In this document: one piece after another, positions 19,654 through 29,184 of the stretch
Layout: the number at the start of each line of letters is the position of its first letter
Position numbering within the stretch: the stretch's first letter is position 1
Origin: a virus
Length of the DNA stretch: 64,000 nucleotides
Reading direction: 5' to 3' (one strand)
Virus record (IMG/VR): IMGVR_UViG_3300045258_000102
Coordinates: 8,891 to 72,890 of that record
Translations under genes and position numbers: made by a program
The notes under the pieces: generated by a model
What the model was told of the DNA's origin: nothing
Database searches by the model: none
Seen by the model: only the letters and a program-made list of their open reading frames with translations

Positions 19654-20919
19654 TTATATTCCTCGTGCTAAAAGTTTGCGCCGTAGCATCCGTGGTCCGC
19701 CCAACGCTGCGCCAGATCCTGGCGTCTCGACCACACCCAGCGCATAAACTGTAGGCGCCTCGCCTGCCGTTGCTAGAATTGTCGTGATTTCAGGCAGATA
19801 GAAGCCGAGATTTGGGCAACTGTTATCATCCTTCACGCACCCTAGCAAAATTGAGTGTCCATCAATCACCATCATTACCGGCGTCGCACTGTCGCCAGAT
19901 ATGATCCGTTCGGATGGGTCTGCCGCTGGTGTATAGCCTACGCCGACATCGTTATCCGTCTGGTCCGAGTCGATGATTTGGCCCTTGAAGACGCGGGATT
20001 GGCTGATCTCAACAGCTAGAAGTCCACGCACGCTCGACGGATTCGACAGGATTCCGGCTGGTGCCACCGTAGTTACTGGCGAGCTGAGCTTATAAATCAA
20101 GATGTCGCGAAACTGATCGCCCACGAACCACATGGTTTGGTTTGGGATGCAAGAGCAGGTGCGAGTGACGCGGTTGCCGTCCGGCTGCATGAACTCGATA
20201 GTTGTGGACGCCAATTGAAAATGATTAGAGCCAACACAGAAGCTCGGCGAGATCAGCGAAGGACAGTCGAGGTTTTGGCGTGGATTAACGCCGAGCGTTA
20301 CGCCCGTGGAGAAAAACCCAAAGTCGATGCTCGCTAGCGGTCCAGTGCCGTGCCAATGCGGCGGATCGGGCATCTCCTGCTGTGTGTCGTCCAGGTGTTC
20401 CGTGAATAGATCGAGTCCACGGATGGCCGTGAGGTCTTGAACGGTCGTAAGAGCCGTCGCACTCGGAGCCGACACCGGGGTTAAAATATCCAAATAACCG
20501 GGGCTGATAACCCACGGGTGCGAGTTGTCAACTTCTAGCCAATGGTTGTAGGAGCTCGGTTGCAGGTCCGCTCTGACTGTTGTTGACAAACCACCGTTCG
20601 TGGCGGTGACCATGCAGGTGATCACTTTGCCAACGTCGGCGGCCTGAACTGCGTAGTTGTAGGGATCGGTGCTGACTAACACGGAGTTAGTTCCAGAATG
20701 ATCGTCGGCCCGATACCAGGCTTTCGTGATGGTTCCAACCGATGGCTGTCCGTCGCTGCAAAATAATGTGTGGATAATCGTATCGACGTTGCTCGCGGCT
20801 CGACTAGGAAAGCCAAATCCCTGCAATTTTGGGGTAACAGGCCACGACGGTGCCCGTAGCGTTATTTGAAACGCTAGGATGTGCGGCCTAAATGCTTGTC
20901 TGCGTCCGAAGCGTGCCAT
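19654..20919 (-). CDS. Virion protein with Ig-like and trypsin-like serine protease domains
   Basis: YAVQAADVGKVITCMVTATN (Ig-like); LISP..CVGSNHF, RDILI and IISGDSATP give a His-Asp-Ser order. Confidence 0.6.
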   Translation of the reverse strand: MARFGRRQAFRPHILAFQITLRAPSWPVTPKLQGFGFPSRAASNVDTIIHTLFCSDGQPSVGTITKAWYRADDHSGTNSVLVSTDPYNYAVQAADVGKVITCMVTATNGGLSTTVRADLQPSSYNHWLEVDNSHPWVISPGYLDILTPVSAPSATALTTVQDLTAIRGLDLFTEHLDDTQQEMPDPPHWHGTGPLASIDFGFFSTGVTLGVNPRQNLDCPSLISPSFCVGSNHFQLASTTIEFMQPDGNRVTRTCSCIPNQTMWFVGDQFRDILIYKLSSPVTTVAPAGILSNPSSVRGLLAVEISQSRVFKGQIIDSDQTDNDVGVGYTPAADPSERIISGDSATPVMMVIDGHSILLGCVKDDNSCPNLGFYLPEITTILATAGEAPTVYALGVVETPGSGAALGGPRMLRRKLLARGI

Positions 20920-20922
20920 CGC

Positions 20923-21435
20923 TTATGCCTGCACAACCATGTAGCAATATGCGTTCACCGTCACTGGGGCCGTGACGCGGATACGCCCGAACTTGCTGAT
21001 CGCAATGACCGGCTCGCGGCCTAGTGGAAATTGCTTGACGTACTGATTTGTGGGAGCAATGAGCTGAACGTCAAACATCCGAACCGCTGTGATCGACCCT
21101 TCGCCGCTCGCTGTGTAGCCGGTGGAAGTCGTGCCGACTGGAATGATGTTGGTCGTTTGGTCGCCGGTTTGGGCGAGCGCCAGTGGGTCCAGCTTAGTAA
21201 TGTCGGCCGCAGCCGCCGCGGTCACGGTGGCGGCGACGTCGGTTTCCAATAGTTCGCACTTGATAGGCACTGCCGCCGCTGAGCCGTCGAATGAGATGCC
21301 CCATTCCACGATGAGGAGCGGATTGGTCGCCGATGCTTTGACCTGCAAAAGCGTCTTAATGGATGTTCCGGTGGCGACTGGAACTTGCGCCGCAGTCGTT
21401 GGCATTGGGCCGTTTGCTATCAAATAGAGAGCCAT
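20923..21435 (-). CDS. Virion structural protein
   Basis: KTLLQV...IVEWGISFDG...QFPLGREP motif; GAGGA SD. Confidence 0.7.
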   Translation of the reverse strand: MALYLIANGPMPTTAAQVPVATGTSIKTLLQVKASATNPLLIVEWGISFDGSAAAVPIKCELLETDVAATVTAAAAADITKLDPLALAQTGDQTTNIIPVGTTSTGYTASGEGSITAVRMFDVQLIAPTNQYVKQFPLGREPVIAISKFGRIRVTAPVTVNAYCYMVVQA

Positions 21436-21442
21436 TTTTTCC

Positions 21443-23830
21443 TCAGTAAGTTGAGCCGGCCATCACCGCTCTCGATGCGCCGACGGGAACGTGAGTAATT
21501 GTGATTTGGTTTGGAGTCCAGCCATTCCAGAATGTCGTTTGACTGCCCTGCGTGTAGTCGTAGGCAATCTGCGCAGAAGTTAAGACGACGTTGTAGAGCT
21601 GTACGTCGCTCAGTCGCCCAGCAAAAAGAGTGTCGTTACCACTACGCGCTGCGACCGCCACGCCGAGCTTCGTAATGCCAGATGGCGTGATAGAAGTTGT
21701 TTCCGCGCTACCAGCCACGCCCTCGAAATACGCTGTGCGACTGGCCACTGCGCTCGTGAGTCCGGCTGCGTGATACCAAGTATTCGCCGCAAATGTTCCG
21801 GTGTCCGCATTGGCTGCGGTGCCGTTGCGGGTTGTCATTCGCGCCGGCTTGCCGCCGACACTTCCAGCCGCGAATAAACCGAAATAGTTATCTGTGACCG
21901 TGGGATCGGCGAGCGAAAGAATCGTTTGGAACGCGGCGGCGTTCGTAGAATTAAAATGCCCCATGATCGTCAACGGAACGGCGGTAATAATGCTCGCGCT
22001 GGCAATTCCATATTGGGTCGTGCCGTTGTAGCCATAGGTCGTATTGCTCCACGGGCCTGTGGATGCGGTTGTGCTAGGACTGCCCGTCATCGTGAGGTTG
22101 TTGACGCTGCGAGTGCGGTCGTTGCCGCCGCCCGTGAAGTAGTAGGCGCGGAGCTGATAGGGATAGGCGTTGAACTGGCCAAAGCTAGCCGTGGTGCTGT
22201 AGGCGGATGCGCCCGAGTTGCCTGCATAGACGCGCAGCGCCGGGCCGCCCGTCGTCAGCAGGTCGCCGGGGTACTTCACCTTGAGGACCGCATAGTTGCC
22301 CGCGTAATTGAATTCAACCGCGTCAAAGCAGCACTCTTGCCCGGCAACCGTGGAAACGCGAATGTCCTTGCCGTCCGAGGCGACTGCCGCCCACCAAGCG
22401 GTGTTCGTATTGTCGATGACAACCGTAAGTAGCGGAGCCCACAGATTCGCCGTTGGCGCATCTCCGGTCGCCTGGATGTAATTTGTCCAACTGCCAAAAC
22501 TACTAACGGTGGCAGCCGTGCCCTCAAGTGGCACAAACGATTGAAACTTTCCGTTGTGCGCCCACTGGTAGACATCGTGGTTCATCCCGATATCCGTCCC
22601 GGTGCCGTCAGCATAGCCCACGTCGGCGGTGATAAGATTCGTCAGCGTCCACGCGCTGCCCCAGGATGAACCGGCCGAGATGTAGGCATTGACGCCCGTG
22701 CCAACTGCTGTGCCACCATCATTAGCAAACACCACGCTGATCTGGTCGCTGCCGTCGATCACGCAATCTAGGTGGTCGGGGTATTTCCACTCGTAGGAAG
22801 CGGAGTCGGGGCTGATCGCGGCAATCGACCAGCTTGAGCCGTTCCAGGTGTAGTGATAGAGCCTGGAGTTGCCGCTGCCTGCGTCCTTGCGCCCGTGGAA
22901 AGCGTGAGGGTGGCCGGATGAATCGACACAAAAACAATCGTGCCCGCTGAGGTTTGTTGTCGTGCCGGAGCTGTCAACAATCTCACAGTTGGCTAAGGTG
23001 GCGGGAATGGTTTGCGCGCCGGTCGTTTTCGTGAACGTCGAGCCATTCCAGCGCATGACACTTACGTCATGCTGTTCAAAGACTCCGCCGCCCTGCTGCC
23101 GCCAGGTCCACATAAACCAGGCAAAGCCAGTTCCTGCACCATCAAAGTTGGATGTGAACTGCGGAGGGCCGTCGAGGTAGGCATTCTGCGTCGGGCTGCT
23201 CGCGGTGCCTTGGATGATGAGGCCACCACTGCCAGAGCCAGCCGCCGCCGCCCATGTCTGGCCGCTCTCGGTGTACTTGTAAAAATACTGATCGCCGTTG
23301 CCGCTCGCACCGTTGCGGAAGGTGAAGTAGAGCTTGCCGACCGGATCAACACAGAAGCGCGGATAGGTAACTAAGTCCTCATTCGTGCCCACCATCGAGA
23401 GTGTGCCGGTGAGCGTCCCCGAAAAGCTAGCCAGCGCCGTCGTGGTGCGCCGATACAACAGCGCGTTGGCGTGCATGTTGTAGCAGATGTGCAAATAGCC
23501 ATCGGCGTCGATGGCGAGCGCGACCGTGTTGTGATTGTCCACCGTGCGCGTGATGGAGGGCGAATTGGTCACGCCGTCATAGATGTAGAACGACCACGCG
23601 CCGCCGTTCTGTCGAATGGCCAACTCTAAAACTTCACTGGCCCCCGCCCACCACGCGGCTACCTGCCATTCCGTGCCGCTAATGTTGCGACTAACAAGCG
23701 GGGCCGCGCCGTTGCGGTTGTAGTTGGCATTCGTAGCTACGTCGCCGGAGGCGGTAATAGACAGCGCACGGACGGGGACTGGCGAACTGCCCGGCGTCCA
23801 ATCCATGATTCCAACTGGAAGTGCTGCCAT
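21443..23830 (-). CDS. BNR_4-type beta-propeller plus DUF2341-like plus LamG/ConA carbohydrate-binding protein
   Basis: DNHN..LAID.DGYLH..YNMH, TYPRF and FRNGASGNGD; DGKDIRV; NTWYHAAG...GRLSDVQLYNVVLT..QI. Confidence 0.75.
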   Translation of the reverse strand: MAALPVGIMDWTPGSSPVPVRALSITASGDVATNANYNRNGAAPLVSRNISGTEWQVAAWWAGASEVLELAIRQNGGAWSFYIYDGVTNSPSITRTVDNHNTVALAIDADGYLHICYNMHANALLYRRTTTALASFSGTLTGTLSMVGTNEDLVTYPRFCVDPVGKLYFTFRNGASGNGDQYFYKYTESGQTWAAAAGSGSGGLIIQGTASSPTQNAYLDGPPQFTSNFDGAGTGFAWFMWTWRQQGGGVFEQHDVSVMRWNGSTFTKTTGAQTIPATLANCEIVDSSGTTTNLSGHDCFCVDSSGHPHAFHGRKDAGSGNSRLYHYTWNGSSWSIAAISPDSASYEWKYPDHLDCVIDGSDQISVVFANDGGTAVGTGVNAYISAGSSWGSAWTLTNLITADVGYADGTGTDIGMNHDVYQWAHNGKFQSFVPLEGTAATVSSFGSWTNYIQATGDAPTANLWAPLLTVVIDNTNTAWWAAVASDGKDIRVSTVAGQECCFDAVEFNYAGNYAVLKVKYPGDLLTTGGPALRVYAGNSGASAYSTTASFGQFNAYPYQLRAYYFTGGGNDRTRSVNNLTMTGSPSTTASTGPWSNTTYGYNGTTQYGIASASIITAVPLTIMGHFNSTNAAAFQTILSLADPTVTDNYFGLFAAGSVGGKPARMTTRNGTAANADTGTFAANTWYHAAGLTSAVASRTAYFEGVAGSAETTSITPSGITKLGVAVAARSGNDTLFAGRLSDVQLYNVVLTSAQIAYDYTQGSQTTFWNGWTPNQITITHVPVGASRAVMAGSTY

Positions 23831-23911
23831 GCCCGCTACCTAGCCCCCGTGCCTGCGAAAAAGCCGCGCCGCGAAGAACGCAGGCAGCGGCTTGGTGGAA
23901 TCGACGGCGAG

Positions 23912-24241
23912 CTAGACTACCGGCACGACCGGTGCATTCGGGTCGACAACCGGCGGAGCGTTGGGATCCACGACCGGAGCCGGCTCCGGCGTCGGTTCCG
24001 GCGCCGGATCGGCAGGCTCGACGGCAGCATCCTCGGTCTCTTGGTTCGCAGCCGCCACCAGTGCGTTGCGTGCGTCACCGAGCGCCGCAGCCTTATCGGT
24101 AACTGCCTGATCGGTGATGTTAAACGCGGCAATCGCGTCGTCTTTGATCTTTCGAGCGGCCTTGCGATCGAGAATTGCGGCCTTGAGCTCGGCGTCCTTG
24201 GCGTCAAAATCCTGTTCGGCTAACTGAAGTACTGAGGGCAT
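23912..24241 (-). CDS. Acidic coiled-coil protein with Pro-rich repeats
   Basis: A/D/K coiled coil, then EPTPEPAP and (PVVDPNAP)x2; GGAG SD. Confidence 0.7.
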   Translation of the reverse strand: MPSVLQLAEQDFDAKDAELKAAILDRKAARKIKDDAIAAFNITDQAVTDKAAALGDARNALVAAANQETEDAAVEPADPAPEPTPEPAPVVDPNAPPVVDPNAPVVPVV

Positions 24242-24252
24242 GAGAGGGCTCC

Positions 24253-24468
24253 TTAGCCGTGCGAGTATTCGGCGACAAACTCGCCGTCAGCGACACGGAG
24301 GTGGTAATTGGCGAACTCAATCACGTCGTCCTCGGCGTTATGCCGGAAAAACCGGATGATGCCATTCGGTGGCCACTGATGAAGTATCAAGCCGCCGCTG
24401 TCCAATGGCCCATCGACGAGCCGGACGTGTTTCTGCGTCTCGAACTTCTGGCTATCAGACTTCGGCAT
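24253..24468 (-). CDS. Hypothetical protein (LVDGPLD motif)
   Basis: 71 aa with a GPxDG-like motif common in small phage proteins. Confidence 0.55.
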   Translation of the reverse strand: MPKSDSQKFETQKHVRLVDGPLDSGGLILHQWPPNGIIRFFRHNAEDDVIEFANYHLRVADGEFVAEYSHG

Positions 24469-24603
24469 GGATCGAGCGAGCCTGAGAAATCTTAATTGAG
24501 CGAACGTGCTCCTCGCACTTTATGCGCCGCTCAGTAGTGTGCAAGCGGATTTGGGCGGAGTAAGATCCTGGGCAACATAAGAATCTGGCGATAAGGTGAT
24601 GCC

Positions 24604-24807
24604 ATGAAACTTTATGCAATCGTGAATTACGAGGAACCGAAGGACATTCTCGTAAGCGGCGGTGGCGAAGCTGAGATGCTTATTTTTGGCAGCAAAACTG
24701 CCGCTGATGCGTGGCTCGCTGAATCGGTCGATTACAATGAAATTTGGTGCAGCTGCACGGTTGCCCGCGTCACGCCAGAAATGCTTTCTCGAATCGACTG
24801 CGAATGA
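24604..24807 (+). CDS. Hypothetical protein (divergent moron-like)
   Basis: AAGGTG SD; ATGA-coupled to a small hydrophobic ORF at 24804..24941. Confidence 0.55.
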   Translation: MKLYAIVNYEEPKDILVSGGGEAEMLIFGSKTAADAWLAESVDYNEIWCSCTVARVTPEMLSRIDCE

Positions 24808-25067
24808 CCCGTCTAATCCACGAACTGGTACTGGCCGTGGCCCTTTGCCTAGCCAACATCCTGTTCGCCATCTTCGGCCGCTTCCTCACGACCAAGCAAC
24901 TTATCGCGATCCACCGCTGGGCGAGTAGGCATTCTCGGTGACGCACAGAATTGCGCCGTGACACGCTCGCTGCGTCAGCCAGACTCATCCGATCAACAGG
25001 AGCAGCTGAGGTGCTTTGCGCCAGCGGGCGTTGTCGTGCGTTTGAGGAGGGGAGTTAAGATTGTGGC

Positions 25068-25364
25068 TCAGCACGTCTTGAAAACGCCATCCGTGAGGAA
25101 GCCGTGCCACTTGCATCCGCCGGTTCGCTGAATACTCGGCGTCAGCGTCGGCTTAACTTTGTCGCCGTTCCATTTCCACTTCGGGCTCGCTTGATTCGGG
25201 TCACCGGTGTCGAAGAAAATGCCACCAGTTGCACCGCAGCCGCACGGGCACATCTCGATCATGCCCCAGATCTTGCCGTCTTTGTCCGTGCTGAAGATGA
25301 AATCACCAGGGTTCTTCATGTCGTCCCACGACTTCACTTCGTTCGCTGGTACTTCGGTTGACAT
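25068..25364 (-). CDS. DUF6527-like Cys/His metal-binding protein
   Basis: CPCGCG...WKWNGD..KPTLTPSI...C.WHGFLTDG. Confidence 0.75.
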   Translation of the reverse strand: MSTEVPANEVKSWDDMKNPGDFIFSTDKDGKIWGMIEMCPCGCGATGGIFFDTGDPNQASPKWKWNGDKVKPTLTPSIQRTGGCKWHGFLTDGVFKTC

Positions 25365-26101
25365 TGCACTTCTCCGGTGAGAGTTAAGATTTGTAAACCC
25401 TTACTGGGCATGGCAGATAGCAACTACTCCACACCGCCGTGAGGCCGGCGGGTGTGGTTCAAATTCCCGGAGGCCGTGGGTCCCATCGGCCCCTCAAGCC
25501 CCTCAATTCCTGGCCCATCTGTACCGCACCGCCCCCGGCGGCACACCGAATACGTCGAATTACCACGTATTCCGCTGGTTTCGCAGCTGTTGAGCTCGCG
25601 CGGCTCCGCACGTTTTGGCCCTCCTTCGGATCGCAGGTATTGACCGGCCAGGCGTTGGAGGAATACGCGGGACGGGTGATTTCGGGATGATGCCAAGATG
25701 CCGGCCCCCTCAATCCTCTCCCTCTCTGATTCACAATGGAGAGCGTGGCGAAGCGTGGCTACTCGATGACAGAGCCGAATGACGGAATGGTGAGGCATCG
25801 CGTTTCCAAGTGCCAAGAGCTTCCCCTCAGAAGGTGCCTGAGCGGCGGGCTATTTGATCGCCAATCGTGTGCCGTTGAGGCGGCGGGCCTTCAACGACTT
25901 TCGCACCGGCCTTGCGGCTAGTGGTCCCGGCCAGGGGCACCGGGTTATCGCAGTTCTTGCGTCTCGGCGTCGAAGCGGCTGAGCGCTTCCGCACCGTCGA
26001 GTGGGGAGACATACGCTGCGTACAATCGGTTGGCGTTCGATCTGATGCCGAGCAGGGGCGATTTAACGTGCCGCTAGATCGAGTGCGGCAGCTGGTTTGC
26101 G

Positions 26102-26299
26102 TCATAGGCTGGCCCTCGTGGGACGAGGTGCGAAGCGTGACCGGACCACTTTGCCGCCGCATCGTTCGCAGCGACAGCCTGCGGCCTTGAGCAGCATTCC
26201 TACAGCTTCCTTGCGTCCGGCTTCGATAGTGTGACCGCAGCTGCAACAGGTCAGCTTGACCTTACTTGGTGGTCGGCGTTTCTTGCGTCGTTTGCTCAC
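26102..26299 (-). CDS. Small basic zinc-ribbon protein
   Basis: GTG overlaps the upstream TGA; CCSCG and CERCGG motifs. Confidence 0.55.
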   Translation of the reverse strand: MSKRRKKRRPPSKVKLTCCSCGHTIEAGRKEAVGMLLKAAGCRCERCGGKVVRSRFAPRPTRASL

Positions 26300-26628
26300 G
26301 CCTTCGCCTCGCCCCTCACCGCCTTGATCGCGGAGGCCATCGAGCCGGCCCCGACAATGAACCCGAGGAAGAACACGAAGGCGAGCACACAGCAGATTCC
26401 CGCGGCCCCGCCTGCGATTCTTGCATGATCGCCCGAGGTGTTGCCGGCGAAGACGGAGAGCCCGAGTGCTGCGGCTAGCGAAAAGCCGAACAGCCCGGCG
26501 AATAAAGCCGAGATGCCGGCCGCCGTGTTGATGAGTTCTAACTCGCCGTCGTAGACCTAGTGCACGCGCACGTTTCGCGTCGCGGTGATCGTTACGACTG
26601 ACGGCGGATCGAGCCTGGTCTCGTTCAT
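26296..26628 (-). pseudogene. Two-TM membrane protein interrupted by an in-frame TAG (codon 24, 26557-26559)
   Basis: MNETRLDP...RVH*VYDGELEL..., then two hydrophobic helices; ends in a GTGA overlap with the next gene. Confidence 0.55.
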
Positions 26629-26912
26629 AGCGCGTGGAACTGCCGGTTGTGTTTTGCATTGAGAGCCATGCACCGACAGCCCCGAGAGTTCGGGTTGAGA
26701 CGCGATAGCTCCCAGCAAAACACAAACGCCACGTTAAAACTACTCGCGCCTTTGTCAAATCCACCCCAGCAAGAATTTTGTGGCGAAGAGTGTCAAACGG
26801 CCTGTTTCAAGCCAATTTGCCAAAAATGGCAGGCACAGGATGCCCCAGGAATTGCGCCGAGCACCTCGGTCGACCTCTGATAGGTCCGAATTTGGGCACT
26901 GACGCACTTAAC

Positions 26913-27341
26913 TCAACGTCGTACTTCCCCGCTAGTAATAAACCCGTGCCAGCATTCCGGCTCGCCAACGGCTACGCTCGGCGCCAGTGTCAAGTCATTC
27001 AATCCGTTTCCGCTGACGGTCCATCGCGGGCGCGTTTTCCCGTCACGAGACTTGGGGCCAAAATCCGCTGGCGGAATTATTCCACATGGCGGATTAGCAA
27101 AGACGATCAGAACGCCATGCGGTCTCCCGAGGTTTAACGAGAGATCGAGCGGATAGCGTTCCTTGCCGTTTTCATCGAGCAGCCCGTACCCGCACGGACA
27201 CCAAAAAGCGACGCCCTGTGACTGCGAAAGGGAGTATGGACATCCGCTCTCGGAATGCGCGCGATAACTCCCATCGCTGCCGACTTCTGCAATGAAGTGG
27301 GCCTCGAACCAGACATCATCAAGTCTTGCCGGCAGGTTCAT
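26913..27341 (-). CDS. Second DUF6527-like protein
   Basis: FWCPCG...RWTVSG....LTLAPSV...CWHGFITSGEV. Confidence 0.7.
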   Translation of the reverse strand: MNLPARLDDVWFEAHFIAEVGSDGSYRAHSESGCPYSLSQSQGVAFWCPCGYGLLDENGKERYPLDLSLNLGRPHGVLIVFANPPCGIIPPADFGPKSRDGKTRPRWTVSGNGLNDLTLAPSVAVGEPECWHGFITSGEVRR

Positions 27342-27396
27342 TGTCGGTTACATGCGGTGTCATCAAACTATTTCCCAGATTCTTGCTTATCCCGGA

Positions 27397-27424
27397 TTGA
27401 CGGGACCGATTGACACTGTATAAT
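27397..27424 (+). promoter_or_regulatory. Sigma70-type promoter of the rightward island
   Basis: TTGACG-N16-TATAAT. Confidence 0.65.
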
Positions 27425-27522
27425 GACCAGCGTTGCGGAGAAATACCGCAGTTAAATAGTCGGGCCGGTAGCCTGTTATCAGCAAGCTACCAGCCCTAAC
27501 AAGCAAGTGGAGGTTACCCACA

Positions 27523-28509
27523 ATGCAAGCTATCCGCCATTCTGGCTGCAATTCTCCTGATCGGCAACCCGGCTCAATTCTCGGCCGCGTGTTCGTTGTC
27601 GATCCACGTTCTACCTACTTCGGTCACACGGGCCACGTGCTGGGCCGCTTCACTCTTTCCACGGGTGAAGTGCTGATCGAGGCGGCAATTGATGATGGGC
27701 CTGCCTCGTGGCTCTTGGGGCTGCGGCAAGTGGCCGTGTCGAAAGGTGGTGGGCGATGATCACCATGCGTAGAACCGACATCGGCAGCCTTGCGGCTATG
27801 AAACGGGCCATTCGTCCAGGCGTGGTTATCTACGTGCCGAAGCACTGGCAGCCGCAACTAGTCGAGACGACGCGAGTTGTAGAGTCCGTGCAAGGCAATG
27901 GCTACTACTTCATGGGCCAGACCGCCAAGGGTGAGACTAAGAGGATGTGGGCGCCGTATCCAAAGCGCTCGGAGTTGGCGTTTGGAGAGAACGGCGATAT
28001 CACGTTTTACCCGGGCTGCGAGCGCTCTTGGACCATCGTCATCGGGAGGGATCAGTCATGCTAGCCTGCGACCATTGCGGCGTCCGCATCGAACCAGCCG
28101 ACAAATTCAGCTACCGCGGCCGCGAGTTGTGCATTCGCTGCGTGAAGCAAATCAGCAACGCGGATTTAGGGTACGTCGATACGCCGAAGTATCGGAAACA
28201 CGCCGGCAGCTGCTCGAGCGCTGCCAAGATGATTGCGAGAAGCCAACGGGCATTTATTGAGGGGCGAGATTGTTTGCCCGGCCAAACCGACCTTTTTTCA
28301 TAGGGGAATTAGCGATGTTATCGAGGATTGAAAAACTAGTTGAAGCGGTTTGCGACGTCATCAACGACGACAACGACGGGATGAGCGCCAATGAACGAGC
28401 GGCCGAAGTGATCGCGACATTTAATGGCCGTGGCTACGACAACGAGCTAGGCGAGTTCCTTGCGTGGTTCACGACGGACGATGACGGCCAAGTGATCGTC
28501 GATGAGTAA
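27523..28509 (+). CDS. Four small early hypothetical genes (27523-27759, 27756-28064, 28058-28303, 28315-28509)
   Basis: Tightly coupled ORFs with SD motifs or overlaps; the third has CxxC pairs. Confidence 0.55.
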
Positions 28510-28756
28510 CCGGCCCCGATTAACCGGGCTGGACCGCCAACAGCCCGAGCGTCGCGGCCGATTACCAACAACCACCCCGAGGAAATGACGATGACAACGC
28601 AACACACTCCTGGACCGTGGAGCATAAACAACTGGCAACAGCGAGACGCGGAAATTCGCATCGGCGCGGCCGGAACACCGCTTATAGCTACTGTGCAACT
28701 TGAGCATGTTTCTATTAACGAACAGCGCGACAACGCCCACAAAAGGACGAAACCAG

Positions 28757-29101
28757 ATGAACGCCACCCAGGCCAGAATGACCATCGACGAAGCGATCAC
28801 CGAATACGTGGCCAAGCTGACGCGGGCCGCGGTCGACCACTACAGCCGCGAATATGCGGCCCATTTCGCCAACGTCGACGTGTTCTATGAAATTGGACCC
28901 GGCAAGGTGTATAACCGGATCGCGCGCTGCGAGCGCATTCGCAAGACTGGGGAGATTATCACGCGGAGCGCCCATGCGTTTGTTAAACGCGAGGATGGCA
29001 CGATCTGGAAGCCGGCCGGCTGGAAGGGACCGGCGAAGAACTTCGCCCGCGGCAATGTGTACGAGCTGGCCGACGAAATCCGCTTTACGCACGGCCTATA
29101 G
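28757..29101 (+). CDS. Conserved phage protein (SAHAFV...G.IWKPAGWKGPAK..RGN family)
   Basis: Motif recurrent in tailed phages; AAAGGA SD. Confidence 0.75.
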   Translation: MNATQARMTIDEAITEYVAKLTRAAVDHYSREYAAHFANVDVFYEIGPGKVYNRIARCERIRKTGEIITRSAHAFVKREDGTIWKPAGWKGPAKNFARGNVYELADEIRFTHGL

Positions 29102-29184
29102 CTGACCCGTCGCCACCCGCAGGACATCGACTGCGGGACACGACGCGCCAGCAATTCGCCGGCCTCAACACGAAAGGGAGAGCG

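Noticed and set aside
23920-24010. Tandem DNA repeat as a regulatory or array element
   Set aside because: Explained by coding repeats (PVVDPNAP)x2 and PEP in the 23912-24241 protein.
25450-25470. GGTTCAAATTCC as a tRNA T-arm
   Set aside because: No acceptor, D or anticodon arm can be built around it.
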